Positions 52,545-64,000 of a stretch of 64,000 nucleotides of DNA are shown here, piece by piece (the stretch's first letter is position 1; every line of letters begins with the position of its first letter). Source of the DNA: Eledone cirrhosa (Eukaryota); assembly GCA_964016885.1 (NCBI GenBank), contig OZ024745.1:20150001-20214000 (forward strand), in the 5' to 3' direction. Position numbers and translations under genes: made by a program. The notes beneath the pieces were generated by a model. The model had not been told where the DNA came from. It did not search any database and was given only the letters and a program-made list of their open reading frames with translations.

Positions 52545-52606
52545 TTACTTATTCCCAAGCGTGAACTTAATAACACAATGTTTTGTATCTGTGTGTTAGT
52601 CTAGTT

Positions 52607-52689
<83 letters not shown>

Positions 52690-52891
52690 TTATTCCGGGT
52701 TGAATCTAAGGTAACCACAGTAAGTAAGGTACTCAATACATAGCAGAATATAAAAGTTTTAATATAGATGAGATTCTACAATGAAAGAACCCCACCCCCA
52801 CCCACCACCCACAAATACTAACAAATATCATTAGTATTTCTGCGATATTGATTACTATTAGTAGTTACGTGGTGTTGGTTCCTTTTCTTAC

Positions 52892-53164
52892 CGAAAAATT
52901 GATTTCAAGAGATGTTTCATTTCCAGACGAGTTTCATGCCACATTGTGGCACAAGCAAATATCATCGGTACCGACCTGTGGGCCTCTTTATTCCCACCGC
53001 CGTCTCTTTCTTCTCTTTCATACACTTCATCATCATCATCGTCGTCGTCGTTTTCACCATCTTCATCGCCTTCTAAATGGATGTTAAGTTTAGAATCATC
53101 GCGCCGTCGAAGGAGTAGGTGTTCTTCAGTTAAGATCCCACATCGCATTGGTAAGGTAAATAGT
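52892..53164 (-). CDS. CHS: Chitin synthase exon (acidic linker, CATMWHET)
   Basis: TTTCTCAG/GTAAGA junctions, phase 2 to 2; IFACATMWHETRLEMKHLLKSIFR. Confidence 0.97.
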
Positions 53165-53667
53165 CTGAGAAAGAATTAATATAGAAAATAGTTATAGTAT
53201 CAGTTATAACAACAATTGTTTTTTGTTTTACTTGGTAGGTCTAGACTCTAGACCTGCTTTTGTTTTGTTGAATGTGTTTCTAGTTTTTTTCCCTTTTTTT
53301 TTGTTATTCCTGCAGTAAAATAAGGGGCCTTGTATAATAAAATTATATTAAATTCCTTGTTTTGCTTTAAACCTCCAGAAAATTTATTTACATATTTAAT
53401 AACATGGCCCTCCTCCATGACACTGCATAGCTGTTTGGCCCTTTTCTCTCTCCAAAAGGTTGCCGACCCCTGGTCTAGAGAAAGGAGCAGAGACAGGAGA
53501 GATTGTTGTTGGTGGTGTTTTGTTTAAACTGCTGTAGGTTCAATGTTTGGGGAAAGACATGACCAGAAGAAGTGTCAGAGCACCGAAGTTATGGGTAGGG
53601 GAAGAACTAGATGGGGTAGATAGTGTGGAGCCTGGGAATCTGGATAGAACATGGATGAGGATGATGA

Positions 53668-53742
<75 letters not shown>

Positions 53743-53930
53743 CCACCACCACTACCGCTAGAATCAAAGAAAAGATAAATTCAAATACAAGCAAGCAGTT
53801 TTTTTAAGTTTGTAGAAAGATTGTATTACTGTAGAAGTTATAGGAGGGAATTGGTATTTATGTTGAGGCTGAAAGAATAAAATATGTTTAAATGGTTGTA
53901 CCTAATGAAGGTTTATTGGTACCACATAAT

Positions 53931-54119
53931 AATAATTGTTTCTACTTTTGGCACAAGGCCAGCAATTACCCAGTGCATTACTGGTACTTTATTTTATCGA
54001 CCCCGTAAGGATGAAAGGCAAAGTTAACCTCGGCGGGATTTGAACTCAGAATGGCAAGGGCCGTAACTCTATGTGTCAAAGCATGGCGTCCGACCCTCTA
54101 CCGATACTGCCAATCCACC
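53931..54119 (-). mobile_element. Young SINE family A
   Basis: Reverse complement of the consensus; near-identical to 58413-58606. Confidence 0.88.
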
Positions 54120-54274
54120 TAATGGTTTCTGATTCAGATACAAAACCAGCAATTTGTTGGGGAGGAGACATTTTGAAAAAAGGGACTAAGATTGTTAAAT
54201 TGGAAGTGTAAGGCCTTTGTAACGACATATGGCGGAGTTCATCCCTCTCCAGGTCTGGACACAGCTGACTTCAT

Positions 54275-54310
<36 letters not shown>

Positions 54311-54442
54311 CGAATGGATGAAAGGCAAAGCTGACCGCGGTAGGATAGTAACACAAAGCATTCTATCCGACATTCTAACGACTCCGCCAATTCACTGCCT
54401 GTTTGGAAATAGTTCTGTATTTGTTATTAAAAACAAACTTAC

Positions 54443-55461
54443 CTTTCTATTCGTTGAAGTCTTCCTGATCTAGGAAACCATACATGAGAGCAAACATTTA
54501 GTTTAGAAAGCCAGAGAAGAATGAGCCAGGAAATATTCCAGACATTGAAAGATAATTTCGGAGCAGAAATCCGTGTAAAGACTTCAGAAAGAAATGGTAC
54601 ATAAAAGCCATGGCACTGCAATGCAACCATAAGTGTACAGAATGGAATGTTCATCATCAATGGAAGTGAGAAACCAACGACTTGCATGCACAGTTTGCAA
54701 GCAAGACCAGCGATATAAGTACAAATCAACGAAGAAATAAGTTGTAAATAGAACGGTCCATAGTTTTGTAGATGTATGGAAATATCCGTTGGCAATGTAT
54801 CATTTACATTTCTTATATTATGATTGCCATTGTTATTTCCACTAGAAGCCAAATGCGCCATCTTACTGCTGCTATTAGATTCACTTGAGAGGTTCGTAAG
54901 CTCCATTTTCAGTGTTAAGTTCCCTATGAAAAAGAGTGCAAAAACAACAGTCCAAATAATCTTCCAGATGCTGACAAGAATGTATAGTTTCTCACGTACT
55001 ATGTGAAGAGACTTCTTCCATTTCAAGATTGGTAAAGTATAACCAGTAAATGTGATTTCACAGTTGATATAATTCTCCCAACACGTTATAGTTGCAGTTA
55101 ACATAACTACTATTAACTCCCAGCTGAAATGGCTTCCGTTATCACTGATAAAGAACAACACATTTTCATCTCTTGGTCTTTTATTATTCTGTACTTTAGG
55201 CAGTGTAGGTTGTTGAATATAGAGGCAAGCCAATGGTCCAGTCACTTGAATTGCAAGAGCGATGCTGTTGATAAATACCATTATTATTCGTTTCATAAAG
55301 GAGTAACTGGGATCTTTGAAAGAAACAAATGTCTTTATGGCAGCAGGTATGCAGAAGACACCGGCGTTGAGAATAAGAGCCTGCAGTAAATCTAATCTTG
55401 GAAGAAGTCGAAACACCAAAACAGACATTCCAAAAGTGTGAAGAAATTCAAGAGCGAGAAC
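54443..55461 (-). CDS. CHS: Chitin synthase exon (N-terminal transmembrane region; WENY, ACKLCMQ)
   Basis: TTTTTGTAG/GTAAGT junctions, phase 0 to 2, 1019 nt open. Confidence 0.95.
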
Positions 55462-55516
55462 CTACAAAAATAAGTGAAAGATATTTAAATAAAAACATAT
55501 ATCCATACATGTGTAA

Positions 55517-55652
<136 letters not shown>

Positions 55653-56296
55653 TTTATCGACCCCGGAAAGATGAAAGGCAAAGTTGACTTTGGTGGGATT
55701 GGATCCTAGAATATAGAAAGTCGTAACTAAATACTGCGAACCGTTTTGTCTGACGCTCCACCAACACCGCCAGCCCTCCTCCCATTCAAGTATCTATATA
55801 AACCTGAAGAAGGTAACTAACCATCATTCTAATATGTATGGACCCGTAACTCCTGATGGAGTCGTAGGGACGCCATATTGACATATGGCGAGCAGATTTC
55901 TTCCAGAGAAGGATAGAGAGAGTGAGGGAATGGAAGTGAGAAAGAGACATAGAGGAAGAATCGACCCCAGTACTTGACTGGTACTTTTTTTTATCGACCT
56001 CGAATGGATGAAAGGCAAAGTTGACCTCGGCAGGATTCGAACTCAGAGAGTTTGACCGAATACTGCAAATCATTCTATCCGACGTTCTAACAACTTTGCC
56101 AATTCGCTGCCTCATTCTGATATAGTCTTCTCTAAAATTCCCGCAGACGTTAGATCGAGAGTGTTTCTTCACAAGCAATCAATGTCTTTGATATTTATAG
56201 AATTCTCTGCTGTGAAATAAAAACCTGCTCTAGGACAATCTGCCAAGGAAAGAAATATCTAAGTCACTTGGTTGTCGAAGAAAATAAAACACTCAC

Positions 56297-56440
56297 AGAT
56301 GAAAGTATTTTCCAAGATGGCCAAGGGTTGCCACCAAAAATAGATTTCACTGAGTTAAAGAAGAACCAACTAATATAAGGAAATCCCATCACAAGAACTA
56401 GCAACGTCTTGGAAGTTCTGCCATGTTTGTTCTCGTCAGT
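56297..56440 (-). CDS. CHS: Chitin synthase exon (transmembrane region); not in the ORF track
   Basis: TTTTTCCTTAG/GTGAGT junctions, phase 0 to 0; TDENKHGRTSKTLLVLVMGFPYISWFFFNSVKSIFGGNPWPSWKILSS. Confidence 0.88.
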
Positions 56441-56533
56441 CTAAGGAAAAAAAGCAAAAACAAATAATTGTTGAGAATAACAGGAGAGAATTGTGACAAG
56501 ATTTCATGATATAAACTCCTTAATTTTAATTGT

Positions 56534-56631
<98 letters not shown>

Positions 56632-56663
56632 TACACGGGTGTGTATGATTGTGTATAGAAGAT

Positions 56664-56910
56664 TATATTAATAAAAGGAATTCCAGCTTTGTCTGATTTA
56701 CTCATTTTATTTACAATCCTTTAAAATTATAATGATAATAGAATGAAATAGTATGGTAGAAGATTGCAAAAGCATGAAAGTAGTTGTTCAATTAACACTT
56801 AACATTTAATATTCTACCATACTATTGCATTCTAATACCATTATCAATTTTAAAGGATTGTAAATAAAACGAGTAAATCAGACAAAGTTGGAATTCCTTT
56901 TATTAATATA
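56664..56910. repeat. Inverted repeat (about 97-bp arms, 50-bp spacer) between (TA)n tracts
   Basis: 56664-56761 pairs with 56812-56910 with several mismatches. Confidence 0.85.
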
Positions 56911-57057
56911 TATATATATATACTTTACATATATCTACCAGACCAGGATTGAACCTCGAACCAGGATTGAACCCCAGATCAGAGTCTCACCATCTGTAGG
57001 ACTTCCCACTAAGCCACCAAGACTGGTCCAGAAATAGCCGTCGGGGTCATACTTTTT

Positions 57058-57092
<35 letters not shown>

Positions 57093-57222
57093 ATTCCCTG
57101 TTTGGTCAGACCATATGTTTGTGTATGTATATATATATTGTATATATATATATATATGTATGTACATAGTAGCCCATATCTGTCTTTAATGTGCTACATA
57201 AAGAAAAGGAGGTGGACGGTAC

Positions 57223-57400
57223 CTGTGAGATGGAGCTGGCTAGGAAGAGAACACACATCTTACTGACTGCAGCCGAAATAAAAACCACCAGGAACAGTAA
57301 AATGTAACAGAACAGCTTACATACTTTCAAAACTGTTTTATAACTACTTCGGTTCAAATCTGTTTGATGGGGAACTACCAGGAATCGATCCCAGAGGCAG
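57223..57400 (-). CDS. CHS: Chitin synthase exon (WDRF motif, first TM helix)
   Basis: AACAG/GTACCG junctions, phase 2 to 0; LWDRFLVVP...KLFCYILLFLVVFISAAVSKMCVLFL. Confidence 0.9.
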
Positions 57401-57743
57401 CTGTTAACAGATGATTGGAATATATTAGTCATATTTTATTTATATTACACACGCTCACACACGACATGCACGCACATACACACGCTCACACATACATACT
57501 TAAAAAACACGCTCACACATACACACACGCACACACGCACACACACGCACACGCACACGCACGCACGCACACACACACACACACACACATCCACATAGGT
57601 ACGCGTACAAAGGTAAATAAACAGACATAAACACAGGCACATTCACAGAAATAGATTATTTTATCCATTCTTTGTCACTTTTATTCTTCCCTCTTTCAAA
57701 CTTTCTAATCCTACAAGTATAAATATAGCAAATAAAATCTTAC

Positions 57744-57796
57744 GGATTTAATTTCACCTGGTCAGCTACAGGTAAGTGAAGTTTGATGTGGTCTCG
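57744..57796 (-). CDS. CHS: Chitin synthase linker exon (53 nt)
   Basis: Strong T-tract plus AG, GTAAGA donor; phase 0 to 2 exactly bridges its neighbours; RDHIKLHLPVADQVKLN(P). Confidence 0.75.
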
Positions 57797-58278
57797 CTAA
57801 AAATGAAAAATAAAAAATAACATATTTTAAGATTCGCACGTGACACTGTATGTAAGGTAAACGATATTAATGTAAAATAGAATACGAAGGTCGCCAGAAA
57901 ATTTCATAAGCTGACTATGGAGGTGTGATGTTAGAGCTGTGAAATCTTGCATGCATTAATTTCAACTCTTCTGATTAATAACTACATTGTTTCTTTCCAG
58001 GGACTATGTTGAAAAGAAAACCTCACTTAGAGGTTTATTTTTCATGAGAGTATCTTATATATAATCTTTATGCAGGGGTTCTCTGAGACATGAAAACTAT
58101 TTCAAGGGTTCCACAAGAGTAAACAAGTTGAGAAACGCCGATATTGACTAAAGTGGCAACAATATGACCCTCAGTAAACTGAACCCACCCCCCAAAATTA
58201 TACTCTTATATTCCAATAAGTGACTTACCCATTATCGAATATTTATTCGTCTGTTGTCGGTTCTGTTGTCATCTGCAA

Positions 58279-58606
58279 TAATAATTATTTCTACTTTTGG
58301 CACAAGGCCAGCAATTATCCCAGTGCATTACTGGTACTTTATTTTATCGACCCCGTAAGGATGAAAGACAAAGTTAACCTCGGCGGGATTTGAACTCAGA
58401 CCATAAAGGGCAATAATAATTGTTTCTACTTTTGGCACAAGGCCAGCAATTACGCAGTGCATTACTGGTACTTTATTTTATCGACCCCGTAAGGATGAAA
58501 GGCAAAGTTAACCTCGGCGGGATTTGAACTCAGAATGGCAAGGGCAGTAACTCAATGCGTCAAAGCATGGCGTCCGACCCTCTACCGATACTGCCAATCC
58601 ACCGCC
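58279..58606 (-). mobile_element. Tandem SINE family A (partial plus full copy)
   Basis: Family core twice; GCAATAATAAT repeated at the junctions. Confidence 0.85.
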
Positions 58607-58764
58607 AATTAAGGGCAATAATAATACATTATATCCAGAACTTATTACCGATCCACCCTACCACATCCCACCCCCAAGGAAAGCCTGAACTATTGTAATT
58701 CCTCAATTTCTGCGTATTTATAAGAAAAAGAATGAATTCGGGAGAAATGTTAATTTTACGTTAC

Positions 58765-59001
58765 CTTGTTAATTTTAGCTTCAACTGAATTGATCCACAT
58801 CTGAATGTGATCCGTAGATTTGGCAGTATCGCCATTTTGATATGAGGTATTTTCTTGGTATTTGAAAGCATCTGTTGATTCACTTCCTACAGAACTACAT
58901 CTTTCTGACGTCTGCTCAATTAGTTCCTCATTAAAATATTCACATCTTTTATTTGTTAGAGCTGATTGTAAAACTGGAAGTTCCCAATGGCGTAAAAAAA
59001 C
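58765..59001 (-). CDS. CHS: Exon with the end of the myosin converter (VFLRHW) and a linker
   Basis: TTTTTTGCAG/GTAACG junctions, phase 0 to 0; completes GKTK|VFL. Confidence 0.9.
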
Positions 59002-60058
59002 CTGCAAAAAAAAGGTGGGAGGGAAAAGAAAGAAAAAGGTTCAAAGAAACAATTAAAAAAAAAGAGAAAGAAGTAGAGGTAATAAATTACCTGAAATACG
59101 AAAGAGATTTTTGGCTTTCATTTTTTCAAGGTCGATAAATAAAGTACCAGTCCAATATTAAGGTAGGTTCTTTCTTCATATATCTTTATTTATATATCTT
59201 TATTTCTCTCGCTTTCTCTCTACCCCATCTCTCATTGTATCTCTCTCGCTTTCTCTCTCTCTCTTTCTCTCTGTCTCTCTCTCTCTTTCTCTCGTTCTCT
59301 CTTTCTGGAAGAAGTCTGCTGTATTCCGACCTGGAGAGAGATGGCCCCCGCCATATTTTAAAATGCCGAAGACACACTGTGTATCACTGCTACCACTACT
59401 TCCACCACCACCATCACTGACAATAATAACCCCCCCCCCAACAACAACAACATCACCAACACCAGGACCCCGACGGCTGAGCTCCGGCCGTTTCAACAGC
59501 TAGATCTGTCGGGGTCCTATTTTTTTTCATATTACCCACTCTACTACCCCAGGTATCGAGTACTCTGGTGAATAAGTCTAACTGGTTTTTACCACCTCAA
59601 ATCTAATATGTATATGTCTGCTGGGCACACAAGCAATAGGACGTGTGTTTTTTCCTGCTGGCGGCATATCAAACATATCGGTTATCACCTGAGGATACCG
59701 TTCTCATAACACCAACAAATACATGAAGGACTTCTCGATTGCATGGAGAACCGTGGAAATAATTATAATGATTAAACGATCTATGTAACCTCAGCATCTT
59801 ATTTTATTATATATTTCTATCCACTCCCTTAACTATTCTTCTAAAAACTTCACCCCTCCCTCTTAATATTCTCTATAAAAACCAAACAGGTTCTCAATAA
59901 AATTATTCTGATGAAATGACAGTTGATAATAACATTGAAATATTGAGTGTCTGCATAATTAATACTTTGTAGATAGCAGCTGTTTTCAGGTTATGTAACT
60001 GTTATTGAAACACGTGTCAATAAATTCCTTTTAACTGAACTGTATCCATTTAAATCCT

Positions 60059-60105
<47 letters not shown>

Positions 60106-60110
<5 letters not shown>

Positions 60111-60214
60111 AAAAAGTATGACCTCGACGGCAGAGCTCAAGCCGTTTCGACGGCTATTTCAAATAGCCGTCGAAACGGCTTGAGCTCTGCCGTCGTGGTC
60201 ATACTTTTTCCTAT
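60106..60214. mobile_element. Palindrome (54-bp arms, 1-nt loop) of a hammerhead 3' half
   Basis: Axis at 60160; GAAAC GGC TTGAGCTCT GCC GTC^ forms stem III plus a GUC triplet; homologs at about 46270-46305, 57031-57062 and 59464-59518. Confidence 0.75.
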
Positions 60215-60390
60215 TACCCGCTCTACTACCCTAAGTATTGAGTACTCTGGTGCGTTATGGTCCATCTGGTTCCTTACCACAACTCCTTCGTTATATATAT
60301 ATGTATATATATATAAGTAAGATGTATGGTAGGACGTATGTGAATTGCGATGATCACGTCTGACTTACCAAATATGTGACGGTAGCTAGT

Positions 60391-60488
<98 letters not shown>

Positions 60489-60578
60489 CCAAAAGTTAAA
60501 CAAGGTTCATTGATTAATCAATGAATATAGTTTTACAATAGATTAGAAGCACTCAACAGTGGTTTTCTGGAGTTATTA

Positions 60579-60932
60579 ATATTAATTCAAAATATTAATA
60601 AATGTAGACATTCACGTCATCAAAATATATGTTATTATATATATTTTGGAGGTACTGTGCTATTTTTTCAGTACGTCCTCATCAGATAAAATACATAAAT
60701 TGATGTATGACATACCTCAACTGCGCTGATGGTTCAATTCCAGTCTTGGCAGTCATTCCTGCCAAGACTGGCAGTGAACCATCAGCGCAGTTGAAGTATG
60801 TCATACATCAATTTATGTATTTTATCTGATGAGGACGTACTGAAAAAATAGCACAGTACCTCCGAAATATATATAATAACATATATTTTGATGACGTGAA
60901 TGTCTACATTTATTAATATTTTGAATTAATAT
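60579..60932. mobile_element. Palindrome (about 174-bp arms, 6-nt loop) with hammerhead motifs; probable Penelope-like pLTR remnant
   Basis: 60579-60752 pairs with 60759-60932; followed by (TA)n. Confidence 0.82.
60814..60883 (+). ncRNA. Minimal type I hammerhead motif
   Basis: TTAT-CTGATGA(60826-32)-GGACGTACTG/CAGTACCTCC (9 of 10 bp)-GAAA(60864-67)-TATATA-TA^-ATAA. Confidence 0.75.
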
Positions 60933-61071
60933 ATATAGTTATATATATATATATATGAATTTGTGTGTGTGTAGCCAAAGTGCTGGAAGCTACCGAAATC
61001 ATTGTAATCTTGACTAGACAGGTGTTGCAGATACACAAAGAAAACTAACAAAGATGATAAACAACAAATAC

Positions 61072-61183
61072 CTTTGTTTTCCCAAATATATATTCTCTCA
61101 CTGAAGCTTTTTCCAAAATCTGTTTACAAACATCGAATTCCATTTTTAATGCCACAGAAGAAGGGAAACAAATGTCTCTGTAT
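61072..61183 (-). CDS. CHS: Myosin converter exon; not in the ORF track
   Basis: TAG/GTATTT junctions, phase 2 to 0; (R)YRDICFPSSVALKMEFDVCKQILEKASVREYIFGKTK. Confidence 0.92.
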
Positions 61184-61239
61184 CTATCGGTGTTGAGGAA
61201 AATATATATAGTAAACAATTATATTAGATAGCTGGGACA

Positions 61240-62825
61240 TTAGTACGAGGTATGATAGAAATATTGTCAACATATTGTACAGGGTATGATAGAACTATTG
61301 TCAAGTTATAGTACAGGGTATGATAGAACTATTGTCAAGATATAGTACAGGGTATGATAGAAATAGTGTCATCATATAGTACAAGGTATGATAGAACTAT
61401 TGTCAAGATATAGTACAGGGTATGATAGAAATATTGTCATCATATAGTACAGGGTATGATAGAAATAGTGTCATCATATAGTACAGGGTATGATAGAACT
61501 ATTGTCAAGATATAGTACAGGGTATGATAGAAATAGTGTGAAGATATAGCACAGGGTATAATAGAAATATTGTCAAGATATAGTACAGGGTATGACAGAA
61601 CTATTGTCAAGATATAGTACAGGGTATAATAGAAATATTGTCAATATATAGTACAGGGTATGATAGAACTATTGTCAATATATAGTACAGGGTATAATAG
61701 AAATATTGTCAAGATATAGTACAGGGTATGATAGAACTATTGTCAAGATATAGTACAGGGTATAATAGAAATATTGTTAAGATATAGTACAGGGTATGAC
61801 AGAACTATTGTCAAGATATAGTACAGGGTATGATAGAACTATTGTCAATATATAGTTCAGGGTATGACAGAACTATTGCGAATATATAGTACAGGGTATG
61901 ACGGAACTATTGTCCAGATATAGTACAGGGTATGATAGAACTATTGTCAATATATAGTACAGGGTATGACAGAACTATTGTCCAGATATAGTACAGGGTA
62001 TGATAGAACTATTGTCAATATATAGTACAGGGTATGACAGAACTATTGTCCAGATATAGTACAGGGTATGATAGAACTATTGTCAATATATAGTTCAGGG
62101 TATGACAGAACTATTGCGAATATATAGTACAGGGTATGACGGAACTATTGTCCAGATATAGTACAGGGTATGACAGAACTATTGTCCAGATATAGTACAG
62201 GGTATGACAGAACTATTGTCCAGATATAGTACAGGGTATGATAGAACTATTGTCAATATATAGTACAGGGTATGACAGAACTATTGTCCAGATATAGTAC
62301 AGGGTATGATAGAACTATTGTCAATATATAGTACAGGGTATGACAGAACTATTGTCCAGATATAGTACAGGGTATGACAGAACTATTGTCAATATATAGT
62401 ACAGGGTATGACAGAACTATTGTCCAGATATAGTACAGGGTATGATAGAACTATTGTCAATATATAGTACAGGGTATGACAGAACTATTGTCCAGATATA
62501 GTACAGGGTATGACAGAACTATTGTCCAGATATAGTACAGGGTATGACAGAACTATTGTCCAGATATAGTACAGGGTATGATAGAACTATTGTCAATATA
62601 TAGTACAGGGTATGACAGAACTATTGTCCAGATATAGTACAGGGTATGATAGAACTATTGTCAATATATAGTACAGGGTATGACAGAACTATTGTCCAGA
62701 TATAGTACAGGGTATGACAGAACTATTGTCCAGATATAGTACAGGGTATGACAGAACTATTGTCCAGATATAGTACATGGTATGACAGAACTATTGTCCA
62801 GATATAGTACAGGGTATGAGAGAAA
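61240..62825. repeat. 34-bp intronic minisatellite, about 46 copies
   Basis: TAGTACAGGGTATGA(T/C)AGAACTATTGTC(A/C)A(G/T)ATA. Confidence 0.97.
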
Positions 62826-62972
62826 CTAACTGAAAATGTAGCTAAAATATTGATCTGCTGTTCATGACTCATGAACTCCAAATCTCAGCTGGAATTTCGC
62901 AACATTTCTTGCTGAGACATACTTTCTCCCACATTGTCTCTGCATATATCATTATAGTAACGACCTCCCCCC

Positions 62973-63076
<104 letters not shown>

Positions 63077-63254
63077 TCCCTCTCTCTCTCACTATCTATC
63101 TATGTGGACACCTCCACCATATTCACTAGCTCACGTGTCTGTATATGTAGATGCCGTCACCCTAACTACTAGGCCACGAACCTTCATATATAATTATATA
63201 GCTATCCTAAATTTGAGTATATGTATTACATGAATCCTCATATTTCAGTCTTAC

Positions 63255-63404
63255 CTCTCAATAAAGATCCCCAGGTTAAAATTAACCATGAATCCTTGTC
63301 GCCATATTTTTGCTATGTCCAGTAATCCACTTGTCTTCAGTTGATTCATGACAACAGAGTCATCAAAATGGTCCGGTTTCTCGTTTACGTTTGGACAAAT
63401 ACAT
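63255..63404 (-). CDS. CHS: Myosin motor-domain exon (RCIxPN, SH2/SH1 region); gene continues beyond the window
   Basis: GTTTAG/GTAAGA junctions, phase 2 to 2; (R)CICPNVNEKPDHFDDSVVMNQLKTSGLLDIAKIWRQGF..FIE(R). Confidence 0.9.
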
Positions 63405-63739
63405 CTAAACAGACGTAAAACTGTTTGTAAATCCACATAACACTGATGATATCTTAATCAGACATCTTGGTTTAGGTATACAAGGGGAGAAAACTAAAAA
63501 TGCTTTTCTCAGAAATATTTATATAAAAAAACGTAGCGGTTCAAATTTGGCATTGAAACTGTAATTGTGGACTCAACTCGATAATTTTTGCCGTACAAAT
63601 CTTGCTTTTATCAAAAGAATATTATTATTAGTAGTAGTAGAAATGTGGTATAGCTGACCAAAGAATCATTTAACCTGCATTTTATCCACATCCGCTACTT
63701 TTTACAGCGGAACATATTGTATTTAGGTTCTTCATATCC

Positions 63740-64000
63740 TAAACATCAAGAACCGACTCTGCAAAGCCAGAAATGCCTTCAAATTACTGTTCAACAATGT
63801 ATGGAAATCTCAACAATACAGTACAGAGACTAAATTTAGAATATATCAGAGCTGTGTTCTTTCCGCCCTCAGAATGTACGTCTCAGAATGCTGGAGATTG
63901 GCAAAGAATGACCTGACCAAACTGCCAGTCTTTCACACAAAGAATCTTAGAAAACGTCTTAGAATTTTTTGACCTGAAAATATCTCCAGTGAGGAATTGT
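63740..64000 (+). mobile_element. Degenerate RTE-type LINE ORF fragment
   Basis: IKNRLCKARNAF..NNVWKSQQYSTETKFRIYQSCVLSAL..SECWRL..LPVFHTKNLRK.LRIF*P, with an in-frame stop. Confidence 0.8.

Noticed and set aside
53410-53478. hAT-like terminus AAAAGGTTGCCGACCCCTG-GTCTAGAG
   Set aside because: No matching opposite TIR could be located.
62870-62945. Exon-like segment between the myosin exons
   Set aside because: Stops in all three - strand frames; the flanking exons already join in frame.

Overview
AT-rich, microsatellite-dense animal genomic DNA. The repeat families and gene content suggest an octopus or other cephalopod; this is inference. Two genes converge. (1) On the + strand are the last two coding exons of casein kinase I gamma (14750-14856 and 18710-18758). 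(2) On the - strand is a myosin-motor-fused chitin synthase. I could splice 16 of its exons (63404 down to 34619) by hand into one continuous frame of about 1650 aa with GT-AG junctions and matching phases; its 5' end lies beyond the window. Introns and intergenic DNA carry tRNA-head SINEs, RTE/CRE/HERO-like LINE fragments, piggyBac-type elements and long minisatellites. The most striking non-coding signal is a set of mutually dissimilar fold-back (palindromic) elements and solo elements, usually next to (TA)n. They carry type I hammerhead ribozyme cores (CUGANGA-stem II-GAAA-stem III-NUH), one of them fully canonical (51761-51844), and resemble Penelope-like pseudo-LTRs or retrozymes. Almost all ORFs in the supplied track are microsatellite artefacts. 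Coordinates were counted by eye; repeat boundaries are approximate.
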